Source of the DNA: Eledone cirrhosa
Lineage: Eukaryota
NCBI GenBank assembly: GCA_964016885.1
Contig: OZ024742.1
Location: forward strand, 176,576,001-176,640,000
DNA: 64,000 nt
Direction of reading: 5' to 3'
Position 1 is the stretch's first letter, and every line of letters starts with the position of its first letter. This document shows, in pieces, positions 62,049 to 64,000 of the stretch. The notes below the pieces were generated by a model that worked only from the letters and a program-made list of their open reading frames with translations, was not told where the DNA came from and made no database searches. Position numbers and translations under genes: made by a program.

Positions 62049-62144
62049 ACCCTTTGATAAGTTCAGCTAGGTCTCTGCCGTCTTAATACTACTGGTTTAG
62101 TTCAGATCTAACTGTCGAAACGGCCAGAGCTCAGCCGTCGGGGT
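62049..62144 (+). ncRNA. Hammerhead motif with U3-A8 variant core and extended stem III
   Basis: ACCCT-TTGATAA-gttCAGCTAGGTCT...AGATCTAACTGtc-GAAA(62117)-CGGC(cagagctca)GCCG-TC/GGGGT; GUC triplet. Confidence 0.65.
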
Positions 62145-62449
62145 CCTGAGTCTCTTCCTATTACCCAGTCTACTACCCTAAATATCGAATACTCTGGTGC
62201 GTTATGGTCCACCTGGTTCATTACCACACTTTCTTTGTTATATATATATATATATAAGTTTATCCCGTGTTCAATCGAGAGTAACCACAGTAAGTAAGGT
62301 ACTCAATACAAAGCAGAGTATAACTATTTAATATAGAAAGGATTCTACAGGACTAGAACTGTTTCATTCCGGAGAAGGCATCTCAATAATGGGGTGTATA
62401 AGTCGTACTGACTAAAAAAAATATTCTAACTCATATAATCTCCCTACCT

Positions 62450-62580
<131 letters not shown>

Positions 62581-62989
62581 CCTTGGTAACATTGATAGGT
62601 TTCGGCTCTTATTGGATGTTTTTGTGTTGATGAATCTTGGTTCAATATTAGAGAGAACGGGTCCAGTTGTAGTGAAGTAGTTGTCCCTAATATTATCATC
62701 AACTTTTGTAGAGAGAGGATAGCACGCTTAAGTGGATTTTAAGGTCGATGTTGATACCATTTGGGTAATGCTGATGGAATATTTTCCATATCAAACAGAT
62801 GAAGTAGGCTCACAGGGGCTTCGGGAAGACTATAGTTTTTCTTGTCGACCCTAGGAGACAACCTCTGTCAGTCATGCTAACTGTTGTTTTATTTAATTGA
62901 CGGGTGGGTTGCTTCAATTTCTATAATACCTTGTTTCTTGTGAGGAGACTACAGTGGAAATCAATATTGAACGTGGGGCCGGGCAGAGA

Positions 62990-63757
62990 TAGAGAATAGA
63001 AAGATGTTTGTGTGGATGTCTCTTGACCACAATATTCTAAGAATCGAGGAACACATCCTGTGGGTCATGTCGACATTGTTGTTTATGTGAGTGTTCCAGT
63101 TTTGCTAACAACAATTACTCCAAGTCCTCAACTGTTGTTGGAGTGGGAGTGGGGGTGGGACAAAAATATGGTAACCTCAGTGCATCCTTTTGTCCAAAGC
63201 GGGTGAATTTAAATTAAGCAGCAAATTGATTTTTCTCCTATTGAATAACAGCAAACAAATCCGATTGAAAGCATCTCCGGTCTCCTACACCGTTGATGAT
63301 TTCCTGGAGCTTGGAATCATCTGCTAAGCATTTTATGTTGTTGAGCCTGATGGCGTCTTTGATGACACTGGTGTAAATAAGGAAGACAAGTGGTGCCCAA
63401 CACAGTACCTTGTGGTAGACCAACACTGATTTTGGCTGAACTTGAAGCTCCGACAACAAGAACAAGCTGGGATCTGGTTGTCAAGAAACATTTAATCCAC
63501 TCGAATACCTTTCAACTGATGTAAATGCTGGATAGTTTCTTCAATTGGATGCTGAGACCAACCCCTGTCAAATGCCTTACAGAAATCAAGGTATATTGGA
63601 GTATTGGAGCTCTCTACCAAAGGTTTTAAGGTGTCATCAAAGGGATGCAGAAACTGCAGTCCCTACCATCACAAAACCCATGATGGTGTGAGTTCAGCAG
63701 ATTGTTGCTTCCGAGGAAATGAGTTATTCGTGATCTAACCACCCATTACAATTTCTC
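62990..63757 (-). mobile_element. Heavily decayed CR1/Jockey-group LINE reverse-transcriptase fragment
   Basis: Minus-strand remnants HHGFCDGR, IYLDFCKAFD, GLPQGTVLG, PLVFLIY, CLADDSKL. Confidence 0.8.
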
Positions 63758-64000
63758 AAGAAGAAGAAGAAGAAGAAGAAGAAGAAGAAGAAGAAGAAGA
63801 AGAAGAATCTTCATATAATCATTATCACATCGACCACCGTCATTAGCATACTCTAAAGATATAATTTTCCAGTATCTCTGGCTTTTTTCTTCTTCCTTTC
63901 TCCGCCTTCTTCAGTTTATATATAATAATTTTATAAAAAAGAAATCAAAAATATTACATATACAAAATACCCAACAACAAAAAAAATTAACAAAGCAACA

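Overview
AT-rich, microsatellite-laden animal genomic DNA with no intact host gene recognisable. The mix of Dong/R4, Tx1, RTE, CR1, Penelope, Helitron and a very abundant ~190-bp tRNA-SINE among long (TA)n tracts resembles a cephalopod (Octopus-like) genome; this is an inference. Two things stand out. (1) At least ten unrelated short inserts in (TA)n tracts each carry a minimal type-I hammerhead ribozyme motif, some intact and some with variant cores. Many have been copied into fold-back palindromes of 0.1-2.4 kb that put a ribozyme on both strands. They look like a diverse set of Penelope-derived or retrozyme-like elements. (2) A 14-kb array (25838-39742) of five non-LTR retrotransposons, three Tx1/L1 on + and two Dong/R4 on -, has an (ATT)n tract at every junction, suggesting a (TTA)n-targeting Tx1 family that shares its target with Dong. 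Also present: three non-autonomous Helitrons, a bipartite RTE element with an HDV-like ribozyme remnant, a tRNA-like repeat and a 200-N gap. All calls were made by eye and boundaries are approximate unless stated.
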